A DNA stretch of 64,000 bases from Candidatus Hydrogenedentales bacterium (GTDB taxonomy: Bacteria > Hydrogenedentota > Hydrogenedentia > Hydrogenedentales > SLHB01). A model generated the notes under the pieces. It had not been told where the DNA came from and ran no database searches. It saw only the letters and a list, made by a program, of their open reading frames with translations. The translations under genes and the position numbers were made by a program. The stretch lies in contig JBMNGZ010000005.1 in NCBI GenBank assembly GCA_050950105.1, positions 320,697 to 384,696 on the forward strand, in the 5' to 3' direction. Position 1 is the stretch's first letter; each line of letters begins with the position of its first letter. Below, piece after piece: positions 1 to 9,477 of the stretch.

Positions 1-252
1 GAGCCTTGTATTTTCCTTCGCCGAGAAGTTCCTCTTTTTCAAAAATCCGTCCGCTGAAGAATGTCGCGGCCCGATCGAGTTTCTTGCGCGGTCGCGCGTG
101 CGCATGTCCGCTACATTCGGGGCCTGCCTTTTGGTACAATCGCTGGAATACGCGCGCGGGCATCAGGGTATGTTCGCGGGGTTCGCAGGCATCCTTCACG
201 GGAGAGGACCCCGCGGCCTGCATTTTCCGCGCGGCCGGCATCGGAAAGGAAA

Positions 253-1932
253 ATGGAAGTCCAACGCTCTAATCCTCTTATCGTACAATCCGACCGTTCA
301 ATACTGCTCGAGACCGATGGGCCGCGTTTCGAGGACGCCCGGGACGCGATCGCCCCGTTTGCGGAATTGATCAAATCGCCCGAGCATATTCATACCTACC
401 GAGTCACGCCGCTGTCGCTGTGGAATGCCGCGGCGGCCGGCATGGGCGCCGAGGAGATGATCGTTCATCTCAAGGAATACAGCAAATACGAGGTGCCGGA
501 GAACATTCTGTATGAAATCCGGGACACGGTGGCGCGGTACGGCCGCCTCAAGTTGTATAAGCGCGAGGACGGAATGCTCGTGCTGGAATCTGATGACGCG
601 CTGCTGGTGACGCAGTTGAAACGGCAGAAGTCGTTGCAACCGTTTATCGAAGGGTCAGAAGACGGCCGCCGGGTGATTGTCAAAGCGCTGGAGCGCGGCA
701 ATCTGAAATGTGCGCTGATCAAGCTTGGGTTTCCCGTGGAAGACCTGGCGGGGTATGTGCAGGGCGCACCGCTTGAGTTTGCGTTGCGCGAGATGACCCT
801 GGGCGGGAAGGAATTTTCGCTGCGCAGCTATCAGCTGGAGGCCGTCGATGCGTTCTACGCGGGCGGCTCGAATCGGGGAGGCAGCGGCGCGGTTGTGCTG
901 CCGTGCGGCGCGGGGAAGACCGTGGTGGGTATTGGCGCCATGCACCGCCTTCAGACGCAGACGCTCGTGTTGACGACCAATACCGTGGCGCTGCGCCAGT
1001 GGAAGAGCGAATTGCTCGATAAAACGACCCTGGAGGATGGCGACGTCGGCGAATACAGCGGCGAGACCAAGCAGATCCGGCCCGTGACCATGGCGACCTA
1101 TCAGGTACTAACGTACCGCCGGTCCAAGGACAGCGATTTCGAGCATTTCGGCCTCTTCGATCAGGGCAACTGGGGCCTGGTGATCTATGACGAGGTGCAT
1201 CTCCTGCCGGCTCCGGTGTTCCGGGCGACTGCCACGCTGCAGGCCCGGCGCCGACTCGGCCTGACCGCCACGCTGGTGCGCGAGGATGCCCGTGAAGACG
1301 ACGTGTTCAGCCTGATCGGCCCCAAAAAGTACGACGTACCCTGGAAGGTTCTCGAAAAGCAGGGCTGGATCGCTACGGCCGCCTGTACCGAAGTGCGCAT
1401 CCCGCTTCCTGACGACGAGCGCTACCGCTACGCCATCGCCGACAAGCGCGGCAAGTTCCGCATCGCATCCACCAACCCCATCAAAACCAGTATCTGCCGG
1501 ACCCTGGTGGAACGGCACCGGGGCGACAATGTGCTGATCATCGGTCAATATCTCGACCAGTTGCGGGCGCTTGCCAAGGCGATGAAAGCCCCGCTCATCA
1601 CGGGGCAAACCGCGAACAAAAAGCGCGAAGCGCTGTATGATGCGTTCAGGCAGGGGGAAGAGAGGTTGCTGGTGGTGTCGAAAGTCGCCAATTTCGCTAT
1701 TGATCTGCCCGATGCCAACGTCGCGGTGCAGGTATCCGGCACGTTTGGCTCCCGGCAGGAGGAGGCGCAGCGGCTCGGGCGGATTCTCAGGCCCAAGGAA
1801 GACGGCTCGATCGCCCATTTCTACTCGCTGGTCTCGCGCGATACCTGCGACCAGGATTTCAGCGTTAAACGACAGCTGTTTCTCACGGAACAGGGCTACC
1901 ATTACGAGATCAAAGACTACGAGGAGCTGTAG
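253..1932 (+). CDS. xpb: XPB/Ssl2-family DNA repair helicase (bacterial XPB)
   Basis: XPB N-terminal domain (LIVQSDRSILLE...PEHIHTYRVTPLSLWNA), Walker A LPCGAGKT, DEVH, XPB-specific RED motif (TATLVRED), motif VI QRLGRILR. Start moved to ATG 253 (GGAAAGGA upstream). Confidence 0.92.
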   Translation: MEVQRSNPLIVQSDRSILLETDGPRFEDARDAIAPFAELIKSPEHIHTYRVTPLSLWNAAAAGMGAEEMIVHLKEYSKYEVPENILYEIRDTVARYGRLKLYKREDGMLVLESDDALLVTQLKRQKSLQPFIEGSEDGRRVIVKALERGNLKCALIKLGFPVEDLAGYVQGAPLEFALREMTLGGKEFSLRSYQLEAVDAFYAGGSNRGGSGAVVLPCGAGKTVVGIGAMHRLQTQTLVLTTNTVALRQWKSELLDKTTLEDGDVGEYSGETKQIRPVTMATYQVLTYRRSKDSDFEHFGLFDQGNWGLVIYDEVHLLPAPVFRATATLQARRRLGLTATLVREDAREDDVFSLIGPKKYDVPWKVLEKQGWIATAACTEVRIPLPDDERYRYAIADKRGKFRIASTNPIKTSICRTLVERHRGDNVLIIGQYLDQLRALAKAMKAPLITGQTANKKREALYDAFRQGEERLLVVSKVANFAIDLPDANVAVQVSGTFGSRQEEAQRLGRILRPKEDGSIAHFYSLVSRDTCDQDFSVKRQLFLTEQGYHYEIKDYEEL

Positions 1933-1934
1933 CC

Positions 1935-4900
1935 ATGGGAGCCGTTGATGTGCTTGCTGGACCGGAGGGGTCCGCGCGCACAGAGAGGCTGGATCGCCTG
2001 CTGGCCGAGCAGTGGGGGCGCGCGCTGCTGTTGACCCCGACCCATCTGTTTGCCCGGAAACGGCTCGAGGAACTGCTTGTCAGGCCGGACATTCCGGGCG
2101 CCTGGGGCACACCGGTGAGCACGCTGCAGCGCTTCGCAGAGACCATCTTGCAGGGCGCTGATCCCGATGCCCTGCCTCTCAATGATTTGGAGCGGCGGCT
2201 CGTTTTGCAGGAAGCGCTGCAGCGCCTTCGCAGCGCGGGAGAACTCGAAGACGTCGGACCCGGCAGTGAGACCGCAGGATTTCTTCGCCATCTCCTTCGT
2301 GTATTTGAGAATTTGAAGCAGGCGGCCGTGGAACCGGAGGAGTTCCTGGACTGTGTTCAACGGCGCAGGCATCCCGCCGCCTTGGATCTCGTGGTTGCGC
2401 GCGCGTACCAGGAATATCAGGCCGCGCTCATCGAACGGCAGGCCTACGACCGTATCGGTGTGTATTGGCAGGCCCGCCAGCTTCTTGAAGGGCCAGGAGA
2501 CCTGCCGGTGCTCCAGGGGATCGAACTGGTGGCGCTGGATGGGTTTGACGATTTTACGGAGTCCGAGTTCCGGCTTGTTGCGGCGTTGAGGGAGCGGGTT
2601 GACCGTCTGGTGTTTTCGATGCGTACCGACAAAGCGCCTGGCGGCGCAGACCTCTACCGCCTCCAGCGACAGACCCTGATGCGGCTCGAAACGACGTTTG
2701 AACCGTCGATCGAATGGCTGCCGCCACGTCTGCCCACTACCGCCAGCCAGCATGCGGCCGCCTATCTTCTCTGGCGCGACGACGTTCCACCGGTGGAAGG
2801 ATTGGCATCCAATCTTGAAGTCGTGCCCTGCGCCGGAGCGACCGAGGAGGTCGAGACGATCGGCCGGGCCATCAAGACCCTGATATTGGACGGAGTGCCC
2901 GCGGCCGAGATCGCCATCGTGTACGCGGACTTGGAACAGGCCCGGAATTCGCTGCGCTCGATGGGGCGGGAATTTCAAATTCCGCTTCGCGTGCACGGCG
3001 ATGATCCGCTCGCGTCAAGTTCGGTGTGCGCGTTCGTGCTGGACGCGCTCGAGGCCTCGGACGGATGGAAGCACGGCGAGATCGTGGATTTGCTGACCGC
3101 CCCGTGGATGGATACGGATGATGCCGACGAGGCACTGACGGGCGCGCTCCCCGTAGTTTGCCGGCAGGCGGGCATCGTTGCCGGGCACAAACAATGGGTT
3201 CGGCGGTTACTGCGGATGCGCGTGGAATTATCGAGGTCGCCACGGGATCGCCAGCTTCACGCCGGCCAACTTCTGCGGCGCCATCCCCGCCTGTTGGACG
3301 CAGTGATTACGGCCGAGGCGCGAGTGAAACGGCTGTCACGTGCCCTGGGAATGCTTCCGGCGACTGACGAACTCCACGGATTCTGCCGTGCGACCGCCAA
3401 TTTTCTGGATGCTCTGGCGCTGGGCGACGCCGTGCGAAGATGTGCGCCGGAATCCATACGGGCGAGGGAAATCGCGGCGCTCGAGGCGTTGCAGGAGTTG
3501 CTCGGACGCCTTGACGCGAGGCAATTCAGCATGGGCGGCCCACAGACCCGCGGGGATTTCGCCCGCTTTCTCCGGCAGACCTGCGGCGAGCAGAGCTTTC
3601 ACGCGCCGGAGACTCCGCGGGAACGCCGTGGCGTGCGATGCCTGGGCCTGAGAAGCGTCCGGGGCCTGCGATTCCGCCACGTGTTTGTGGGCGGGTTGAA
3701 TGAAGGCATCGTGCCCGGGCAGCCCGGCGTGAACGCCGTGTATTCAGAGGATGACGTGCGAGAGCTGCGCGATGCCGGGATCCCTCTGGAGCCCCGTGAA
3801 GTGCGCACGGAGCGGGAATTGGCCGCGTTTCATCATGTGCTCGAGGCAGCGCAGGACCGGATCTGGCTTTTCTGGCGGACGGCCACGCCGGATGGGAAGC
3901 CGTTGCTGCGCAGCCCGTTTTTAAATGATCTCCTTCGCCTGTTTGCGTCGAAGCCGGTCGAACGGACGCCTCTGCGCGCCAGCCAGTATTACCCCGCGCT
4001 TTCTCACGCCGCTTCCCACCGCGATGTAATCAACAACCTGTTCGCCACACACACGCGCCTGCCCGAGCCGCTTGCCGCGGAGTTTTCGGCGGTTGTCCGC
4101 GGAGCGGCCATCGAGCAGCGGCGCTACAGCCCCGCGGCCTTCGATGCCTTTGACGGCGTGCTCCGCGAGGAGCGGAACCGGGTGGAGATAGCCGAGCGGT
4201 ATAGCGAGGAACACGTTTTCAGCGCGACGGAATTGGAGGATTACCGCAAGTGTCCGTTTCGTTTTTTTGCATTGCGTCTCTTGCGGATGATGCCGGTCGA
4301 GCGCCCGGTCACGGCGTTTGATCGCAGTCTTCTGGGCATCGTAATACATCAGGTACTCGAGGAATTTCACCGGCGCTATCCCGGCGTGCCGGTACGCGCG
4401 ATCCCGGCGGACGAGGCTGAGGAGGCCATGCGCGGGATCGTCGATTCAGTCTTTATCGAAAATAACGCGGCGATGCTCACGGTGCCCGACGGGATGCTCA
4501 TGGCGGAACGTTTGTCGGTGCATGAGCGGCTCCAGCGCTACCTGCGCATCGAGCGCAGGGAAGAAGTCCCGTGGTATCCCACAGACTTCGAAGCGGTCTT
4601 TGGAGGACCCCGGGAAAAGCAGTACCCGCCCCTGGCGATTTCAACCGAGGCCGGCCTGCTCCGGATGCGCGGCCGCATCGATCGGATTGATCGCGGCGAA
4701 GAAGGGCGCCGCGTGGTCGACTACAAAACGGGCCGGCCTCCGAAAGCTGCCCACGTCAGGGAAGGCGTTTCCCTGCAACTCGTGGCCTATGCACTTGCCC
4801 TGGAGCAGGTGATTGCGCCGGGGACTGTCTGCGAGGAAGGGGTTTTGCTCCAGGTGGGCACGACCGCGCGGCTGGCCGTGCGAGAGTCCGGCCTCGGTAC

Positions 4901-5078
4901 GCTGTGGAACCAGGCAAAGCAAGGCTTTTTCGTGGGAGTGTCCGCGGCGCTTGAAGGGATTCGCGGCGCCTCGTTTCCGCCGCTGCCCCAGCCGGACGTG
5001 TGTGCCTATTGTGATGCCCGGCGGATGTGCCGCATCGATGCGTCGCGGGTCGAGCGAAAACAAGGGGGCGCGCCATGA
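1935..5078 (+). CDS. addB: AddB/RexB-like subunit: inactive helicase fold plus C-terminal PD-(D/E)XK nuclease with Fe-S cysteines
   Basis: Degenerate Walker A (GPEGSART); FSATELEDYRKCPF; GRIDRID...VVDYKTG; QLVAY; C-terminal CAYCDARRMC giving 4 Cys in the AddB staple pattern. Confidence 0.85.
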   Translation: MGAVDVLAGPEGSARTERLDRLLAEQWGRALLLTPTHLFARKRLEELLVRPDIPGAWGTPVSTLQRFAETILQGADPDALPLNDLERRLVLQEALQRLRSAGELEDVGPGSETAGFLRHLLRVFENLKQAAVEPEEFLDCVQRRRHPAALDLVVARAYQEYQAALIERQAYDRIGVYWQARQLLEGPGDLPVLQGIELVALDGFDDFTESEFRLVAALRERVDRLVFSMRTDKAPGGADLYRLQRQTLMRLETTFEPSIEWLPPRLPTTASQHAAAYLLWRDDVPPVEGLASNLEVVPCAGATEEVETIGRAIKTLILDGVPAAEIAIVYADLEQARNSLRSMGREFQIPLRVHGDDPLASSSVCAFVLDALEASDGWKHGEIVDLLTAPWMDTDDADEALTGALPVVCRQAGIVAGHKQWVRRLLRMRVELSRSPRDRQLHAGQLLRRHPRLLDAVITAEARVKRLSRALGMLPATDELHGFCRATANFLDALALGDAVRRCAPESIRAREIAALEALQELLGRLDARQFSMGGPQTRGDFARFLRQTCGEQSFHAPETPRERRGVRCLGLRSVRGLRFRHVFVGGLNEGIVPGQPGVNAVYSEDDVRELRDAGIPLEPREVRTERELAAFHHVLEAAQDRIWLFWRTATPDGKPLLRSPFLNDLLRLFASKPVERTPLRASQYYPALSHAASHRDVINNLFATHTRLPEPLAAEFSAVVRGAAIEQRRYSPAAFDAFDGVLREERNRVEIAERYSEEHVFSATELEDYRKCPFRFFALRLLRMMPVERPVTAFDRSLLGIVIHQVLEEFHRRYPGVPVRAIPADEAEEAMRGIVDSVFIENNAAMLTVPDGMLMAERLSVHERLQRYLRIERREEVPWYPTDFEAVFGGPREKQYPPLAISTEAGLLRMRGRIDRIDRGEEGRRVVDYKTGRPPKAAHVREGVSLQLVAYALALEQVIAPGTVCEEGVLLQVGTTARLAVRESGLGTLWNQAKQGFFVGVSAALEGIRGASFPPLPQPDVCAYCDARRMCRIDASRVERKQGGAP

Positions 5079-8000
5079 AATGGACTGACGCCCAGGCCGA
5101 AGCGATTCAGACAATAGGCCGGGATCTGTGCGTGACGGCCTCGGCAGGCTCCGGCAAGACGGCGGTTTTAGTCGAGCGCATGTTGCACCTGGTGATCGAA
5201 TGCAAGGTCCCTCTGGAGCGCATTGTCGCCATCACGTTTACCGAGAAGGCCGCGGCGGAGATGAAAGACCGGCTTCGCAGCGAGTGCCGGGCACGGGAGC
5301 AGAGCGGGTCTACGGAAGGGCTTGACCGCTGGCGCAGCTTGGCGCGACAGGTCGAGTCCGCCCACATGAGCACCATCCACGCATTCTGCGCGAGGCTGCT
5401 GCGTCAGCACGCCCTGGAATACCGCATCAGCCCGCCTCTCGATCCAGATTTTGCTGTTGTGGACGAAGCCGAGAGCCGCTTTCTGTGCACGGAAGTGGTC
5501 GATACGGCGATCGAGGAGCTTCTCGAACAGCCGCACGATGCCACCATGCGGCTGGCGGCCCATTACGGAGTGTTCCGGCTCAAGGGAATGCTGGAGGTGT
5601 TTCTGCGCAATCCCGTGACAGCCGCCCGGCTTTTGTCCAACGAACAGTTTTCTTCACCCGAAAGGCTCCTGGAATTCTGGCGTGAGCGCGTGGAGGAAAG
5701 CTGCCGGGCACGCTTGCTCAATCTGAGCAAGTCGGCCGTGTTTTACAGCTATCTGCGCAAGTTCATGAAATTTGACGGGCGCTGCGGCGATCCCGCGGAT
5801 GGACGGGAACAGTTTCGCCGCACGTGCATCCAACTCATGGAACAGGTGGGCCGGCTTCGCGATCCCCAGCTGATCGAGCAGCTGATAGTGGCCTGTCTCG
5901 AAGAGAAATTACCCCGGACCTTGAAGTCTAACTGGCCCTCGGTAGAAGTCTTTGACGAACTCAAAGAGACCCAGGACGCCTTCAAAAGCTATTTGCGGGG
6001 ATTTTTGATGCCGCACCATGACCCGGACGTCGAACAGCAGAGCGCCGAACTGACGTGTGATGCTGTCGCGTGTTTCCGGGCGGTTTTTGATTATTATCGG
6101 GAGGCCAAGACCTCGAGAAATGTGCTGGATTTCACCGATCTCATTCTTTTGGCGCTCGATATGCTCCAGAGCCAGCCGGAGCTGTGCGAGCGTATCGCCC
6201 GCGGCATCGACTACCTGCTCATTGATGAATTCCAGGACACCGATTCCGAACAGTACGCCATTGCCCGCCTGCTTAGTGGGACGCCGGTCCCCCCGGAATT
6301 GTTCATTGTGGGCGATGCAAAACAATCGATCTATCGGTTCCGGGGCGCTGAGGTCGAAGTGTTTGAAGCCGCAAAACAAGAAAGCCGGACCATCGGTTTG
6401 CACCGGAATTTCCGCACCGTTCCCGAAATTATCTCGTTCATTAATTATATTTTCAACGCCAGCGGCATCCTCGAAGCGGTGGAATCGCCGTTTGTGCCCG
6501 CCGACGCCCATCGAGCCCCCACCGGCGAATGCCGGGTCCATGTGCTGATACCCGCCGCCACGCAGGACAAAGAGTTGAGCGAACAAAGGCGCATGCGTGA
6601 GGCGGCGATGATCGGGGATTGGATTGCCGCCGCCTGCTCGGGCGAACGCGAGGTCCAGGTGCAGGCCAAGGGCAGCGATGCGATGCGCAGGGCGACATTC
6701 GGCGACATGGCGCTGCTGTTCCGCGCCCTCAGCGACATCCGTATCTACGAGCGCGCGCTGGCGGAACGCCAGATCCCCTTCCATGTTATCGCCGGGAAAG
6801 GATTTTACGAACGCCAGGAGGTCCTGGACCTGCGCAATCTCCTTGAGGCGCTTGTCGATCCCTGGCACGAACCCGCACTGCTGGGATTCCTGCGGAGCCC
6901 CATGGCCGGACTGGACGACGATTCCATTCTGGCGCTCTGCGCCGGCCCGGGCGCGGTAGCCGCGCTCCTCGAAGACCGTACACCGCCCGATTTCAGACAG
7001 ACCGCCGAGCTCGACCATGCGCGCCGGGTGTTCCAGGAACTGCGCGCCGAGCGCGAGCGGCCTCTGCCGGATTTTGTGCGCTATGTGCTCGAACGAACGG
7101 GCTGCGAGGCCATGGTGGCCGGCCTTTTCCTGGGCGATCAACGAGTCTGCAATGTGCGCAAAGTGATGCAGCTGGCCGAGACCTTTGTGAAGACGCGCCG
7201 GCCCCGTCTCAGCGCCTTTGTGCGCTATCTGGACGATGTGGCGTCCGCGGAGATCGATGAGGGCGAGGCGAGCCTGCAGTCCGAAGGTTCCGACGAAGTC
7301 ACGCTCATGAGTATCCACAAATCGAAGGGCCTGGAATTTCCAATCGTGATTCTTCCCGATCTCTCACGCGGCTCGCGTCAAAGAGCGAGCATCAGCCGGG
7401 TGCTGTTTCACCGGCGCCTGGGAATTGTCGCGAGGCCGTACAACCCCGCAGCGGAGCGCACGACGGAGCCGCAGATCTACGAGGTGATGAAGCGAGACGA
7501 AGACGCCAAGGAGGCGGCGGAACGCGCACGGGTATTGTACGTGGCCATGACGCGGGCGCGGGACTGGCTTGTCCTGGGCGGCTCTGTCGCTTCGAAAAAA
7601 CGCCCCAAAGCCGCGTCGGACAGTCTGCTGGGACCGATCGCTGACGAGCTGGATCTGCTGAACCGTGGCGACGGGGCATTGCTCTCCGGTGAAGGCTGGA
7701 CTGCGCTCGTCCGCCGCAGCACGAAATCCAAAGCTATCGACGCCCCAGCCCGTGAACCGGCGCCCCAGATAGACTGGCAAGTCTTGACCCAACGACTGGG
7801 CCCCGCCCCGGCCATTCCCGCAAGCCAACTCACTTTTGCCGTCACCACGCTCGTGCAGCGCATGTATCCATCCAACGAAGAAGCCGCGGCGGGCGGTGTC
7901 CGCGACGCATCCGCACTCGATCCTCTGTTGCGCGGGACCCTGGTGCACCGCTATTTCGAGCTGTGGGATTTCCAGCACAAGCCCCCGGACATTGATGCGT

Positions 8001-8467
8001 TTCTTCGCAGAGAAAAGCCGTCTCTCCATCTGGCGGACCGGCTGCGCGACACGCTGGAGACTGCGGTTCAGCGATTTATGGCGTCCGAAGCATGGCCCCT
8101 CGTGACCGGGGCTCGTGAGATTCTGCGCGAAGCGCCGTTCATGCTGCGCGTGGGCGATGCCGTGCTCGAAGGCGTGATCGACGTCGTACTGGACGGGAAT
8201 GCGGTCCTCGATTACAAGACCGGGCTCCACTGTGAAAGCCGGCGCTTGATGTATGACGCTCAATTGTGCCTCTATGCCGAGGCCCTGCGGCGCCTGCGCG
8301 GCCGGCTGCCCGAGCGCGCCTGGGTCTACTACGTTGACTCGGGCGAGCTGGTCGAGACCGACATTTCCCCGGGCCGGACCGCCGCCGCGCTGGCGCTTGC
8401 CGAGAAGACCATGAAAACGCTGCGGAGTGAGCCCGTGCCCGACGAAATGGAGGCCTATCTGCAGTGA
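5075..8467 (+). CDS. addA: AddA/RexA-like UvrD helicase with RecB-family nuclease
   Basis: MKWTDAQ Q-motif, ASAGSGKT, IDEFQDT, VGDAKQSIYRFRGA, SIHKSKGLEF, YVAMTRA; nuclease GVID...DYKTG, QLCLY. ATGA overlap with the addB stop. Confidence 0.9.
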   Translation: MKWTDAQAEAIQTIGRDLCVTASAGSGKTAVLVERMLHLVIECKVPLERIVAITFTEKAAAEMKDRLRSECRAREQSGSTEGLDRWRSLARQVESAHMSTIHAFCARLLRQHALEYRISPPLDPDFAVVDEAESRFLCTEVVDTAIEELLEQPHDATMRLAAHYGVFRLKGMLEVFLRNPVTAARLLSNEQFSSPERLLEFWRERVEESCRARLLNLSKSAVFYSYLRKFMKFDGRCGDPADGREQFRRTCIQLMEQVGRLRDPQLIEQLIVACLEEKLPRTLKSNWPSVEVFDELKETQDAFKSYLRGFLMPHHDPDVEQQSAELTCDAVACFRAVFDYYREAKTSRNVLDFTDLILLALDMLQSQPELCERIARGIDYLLIDEFQDTDSEQYAIARLLSGTPVPPELFIVGDAKQSIYRFRGAEVEVFEAAKQESRTIGLHRNFRTVPEIISFINYIFNASGILEAVESPFVPADAHRAPTGECRVHVLIPAATQDKELSEQRRMREAAMIGDWIAAACSGEREVQVQAKGSDAMRRATFGDMALLFRALSDIRIYERALAERQIPFHVIAGKGFYERQEVLDLRNLLEALVDPWHEPALLGFLRSPMAGLDDDSILALCAGPGAVAALLEDRTPPDFRQTAELDHARRVFQELRAERERPLPDFVRYVLERTGCEAMVAGLFLGDQRVCNVRKVMQLAETFVKTRRPRLSAFVRYLDDVASAEIDEGEASLQSEGSDEVTLMSIHKSKGLEFPIVILPDLSRGSRQRASISRVLFHRRLGIVARPYNPAAERTTEPQIYEVMKRDEDAKEAAERARVLYVAMTRARDWLVLGGSVASKKRPKAASDSLLGPIADELDLLNRGDGALLSGEGWTALVRRSTKSKAIDAPAREPAPQIDWQVLTQRLGPAPAIPASQLTFAVTTLVQRMYPSNEEAAAGGVRDASALDPLLRGTLVHRYFELWDFQHKPPDIDAFLRREKPSLHLADRLRDTLETAVQRFMASEAWPLVTGAREILREAPFMLRVGDAVLEGVIDVVLDGNAVLDYKTGLHCESRRLMYDAQLCLYAEALRRLRGRLPERAWVYYVDSGELVETDISPGRTAAALALAEKTMKTLRSEPVPDEMEAYLQ

Positions 8468-9426
8468 AAAGGCTTGTCCTGGCGGTCTGCCTTGCGAGCC
8501 TGACGTTTTCGGCGTGGGGGGCGGCCGCTCAGACGCTTCAGGACGGTCTCTTCTATGTGGACTATCCGCAAGGCGAGTACCAGACGGCCGTGGTCACCCT
8601 GGAGAATCTCCAGCGGATCGCTGCGGCCTGGCGCCACCGGCTTGATCCCGGAGATGCTCCAATTGTAGTGCGCATCTGCGCGACTCAGGGTGATTTTGCT
8701 GCAAATGCCGGGTTCTGGGCGCCGGCAGAAGTGGGGGGCGTCGCCCATTCAGAAGAAGGACGTATCGTGTTGCGCACACCGGCGCAGTTGCCGAATCCAG
8801 GCCTCTATGAGGGGATGGTGCGGCACGAACTGATTCATGTCCTGCTGGCGCGCAACACCAACTTGGAGCATCTGCCGCGATGGTTGAATGAAGGCACGGC
8901 CATGCATATCTCGGGGGAGCACCGCTGGAACACCTCGTTTCTTGTCGCTCGGATGTATCTGTCGGGCCGGCTCTACACCTACGACGATCTGATGCTCGAT
9001 TTCAGCATGGTGAGAGGCGAGCGGCCGTTCGGCGATCTTTACGCGCAGAGCCTCTCGATGACCGCTTTCCTGTACGACCGGCTCGGCGAGGAGGCCTTCT
9101 GGGGCCTGCTTGGCTCCCTTCGCGACAAAGACTTTTCGGTAGCGTTGCAGGAGAGCGCCGGCATGACCCCGCACGAGTTTTGGGCCGCCTGGTACCGTTC
9201 GCTCTGGAAAGTTGCCGTTATCTCCGCTGTTATGTCAGGATTCGGCATATTCGATTTCATGGCACTGCTTGTGGTCGTGGGGTATTTTCGAAGACGCCGT
9301 CACAACCGCAAGGTCCTCGACCGGTGGGAACGGGAAGAAGCCGAAGAACCACCGATGATGGCGGCGTGGGAACTCGAGGGCGGCAGTGAATATCCCTGGG
9401 AACTGGACGACGAGGAAGAACTGTGA
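8464..9426 (+). CDS. Secreted peptidase MA-like (gluzincin) protein with C-terminal TM anchor and acidic tail
   Basis: Signal peptide; HELIH (HExxH) followed by WLNEG; hydrophobic C-terminal helix then RRRR and an acidic tail; GTGA overlap with addA. Confidence 0.75.
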   Translation: MKRLVLAVCLASLTFSAWGAAAQTLQDGLFYVDYPQGEYQTAVVTLENLQRIAAAWRHRLDPGDAPIVVRICATQGDFAANAGFWAPAEVGGVAHSEEGRIVLRTPAQLPNPGLYEGMVRHELIHVLLARNTNLEHLPRWLNEGTAMHISGEHRWNTSFLVARMYLSGRLYTYDDLMLDFSMVRGERPFGDLYAQSLSMTAFLYDRLGEEAFWGLLGSLRDKDFSVALQESAGMTPHEFWAAWYRSLWKVAVISAVMSGFGIFDFMALLVVVGYFRRRRHNRKVLDRWEREEAEEPPMMAAWELEGGSEYPWELDDEEEL

Positions 9427-9477
9427 CCTTGCGCGGCTCGGCGGCGCGAATGCGGAAAAATCCGTCAAGAAGGTGGT

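Noticed and set aside
1667-1674. E. coli Chi sequence GCTGGTGG inside xpb
   Set aside because: Chi sequences are lineage-specific, and one 8-mer in GC-rich DNA is expected by chance.
5909-7318. Long antisense ORFs (this one, 25109-26512, 37835-39046, 51367-52653, 16120-17280 and others)
   Set aside because: They lie opposite well-supported genes and have no motifs; they are typical shadow ORFs in high-GC coding DNA.
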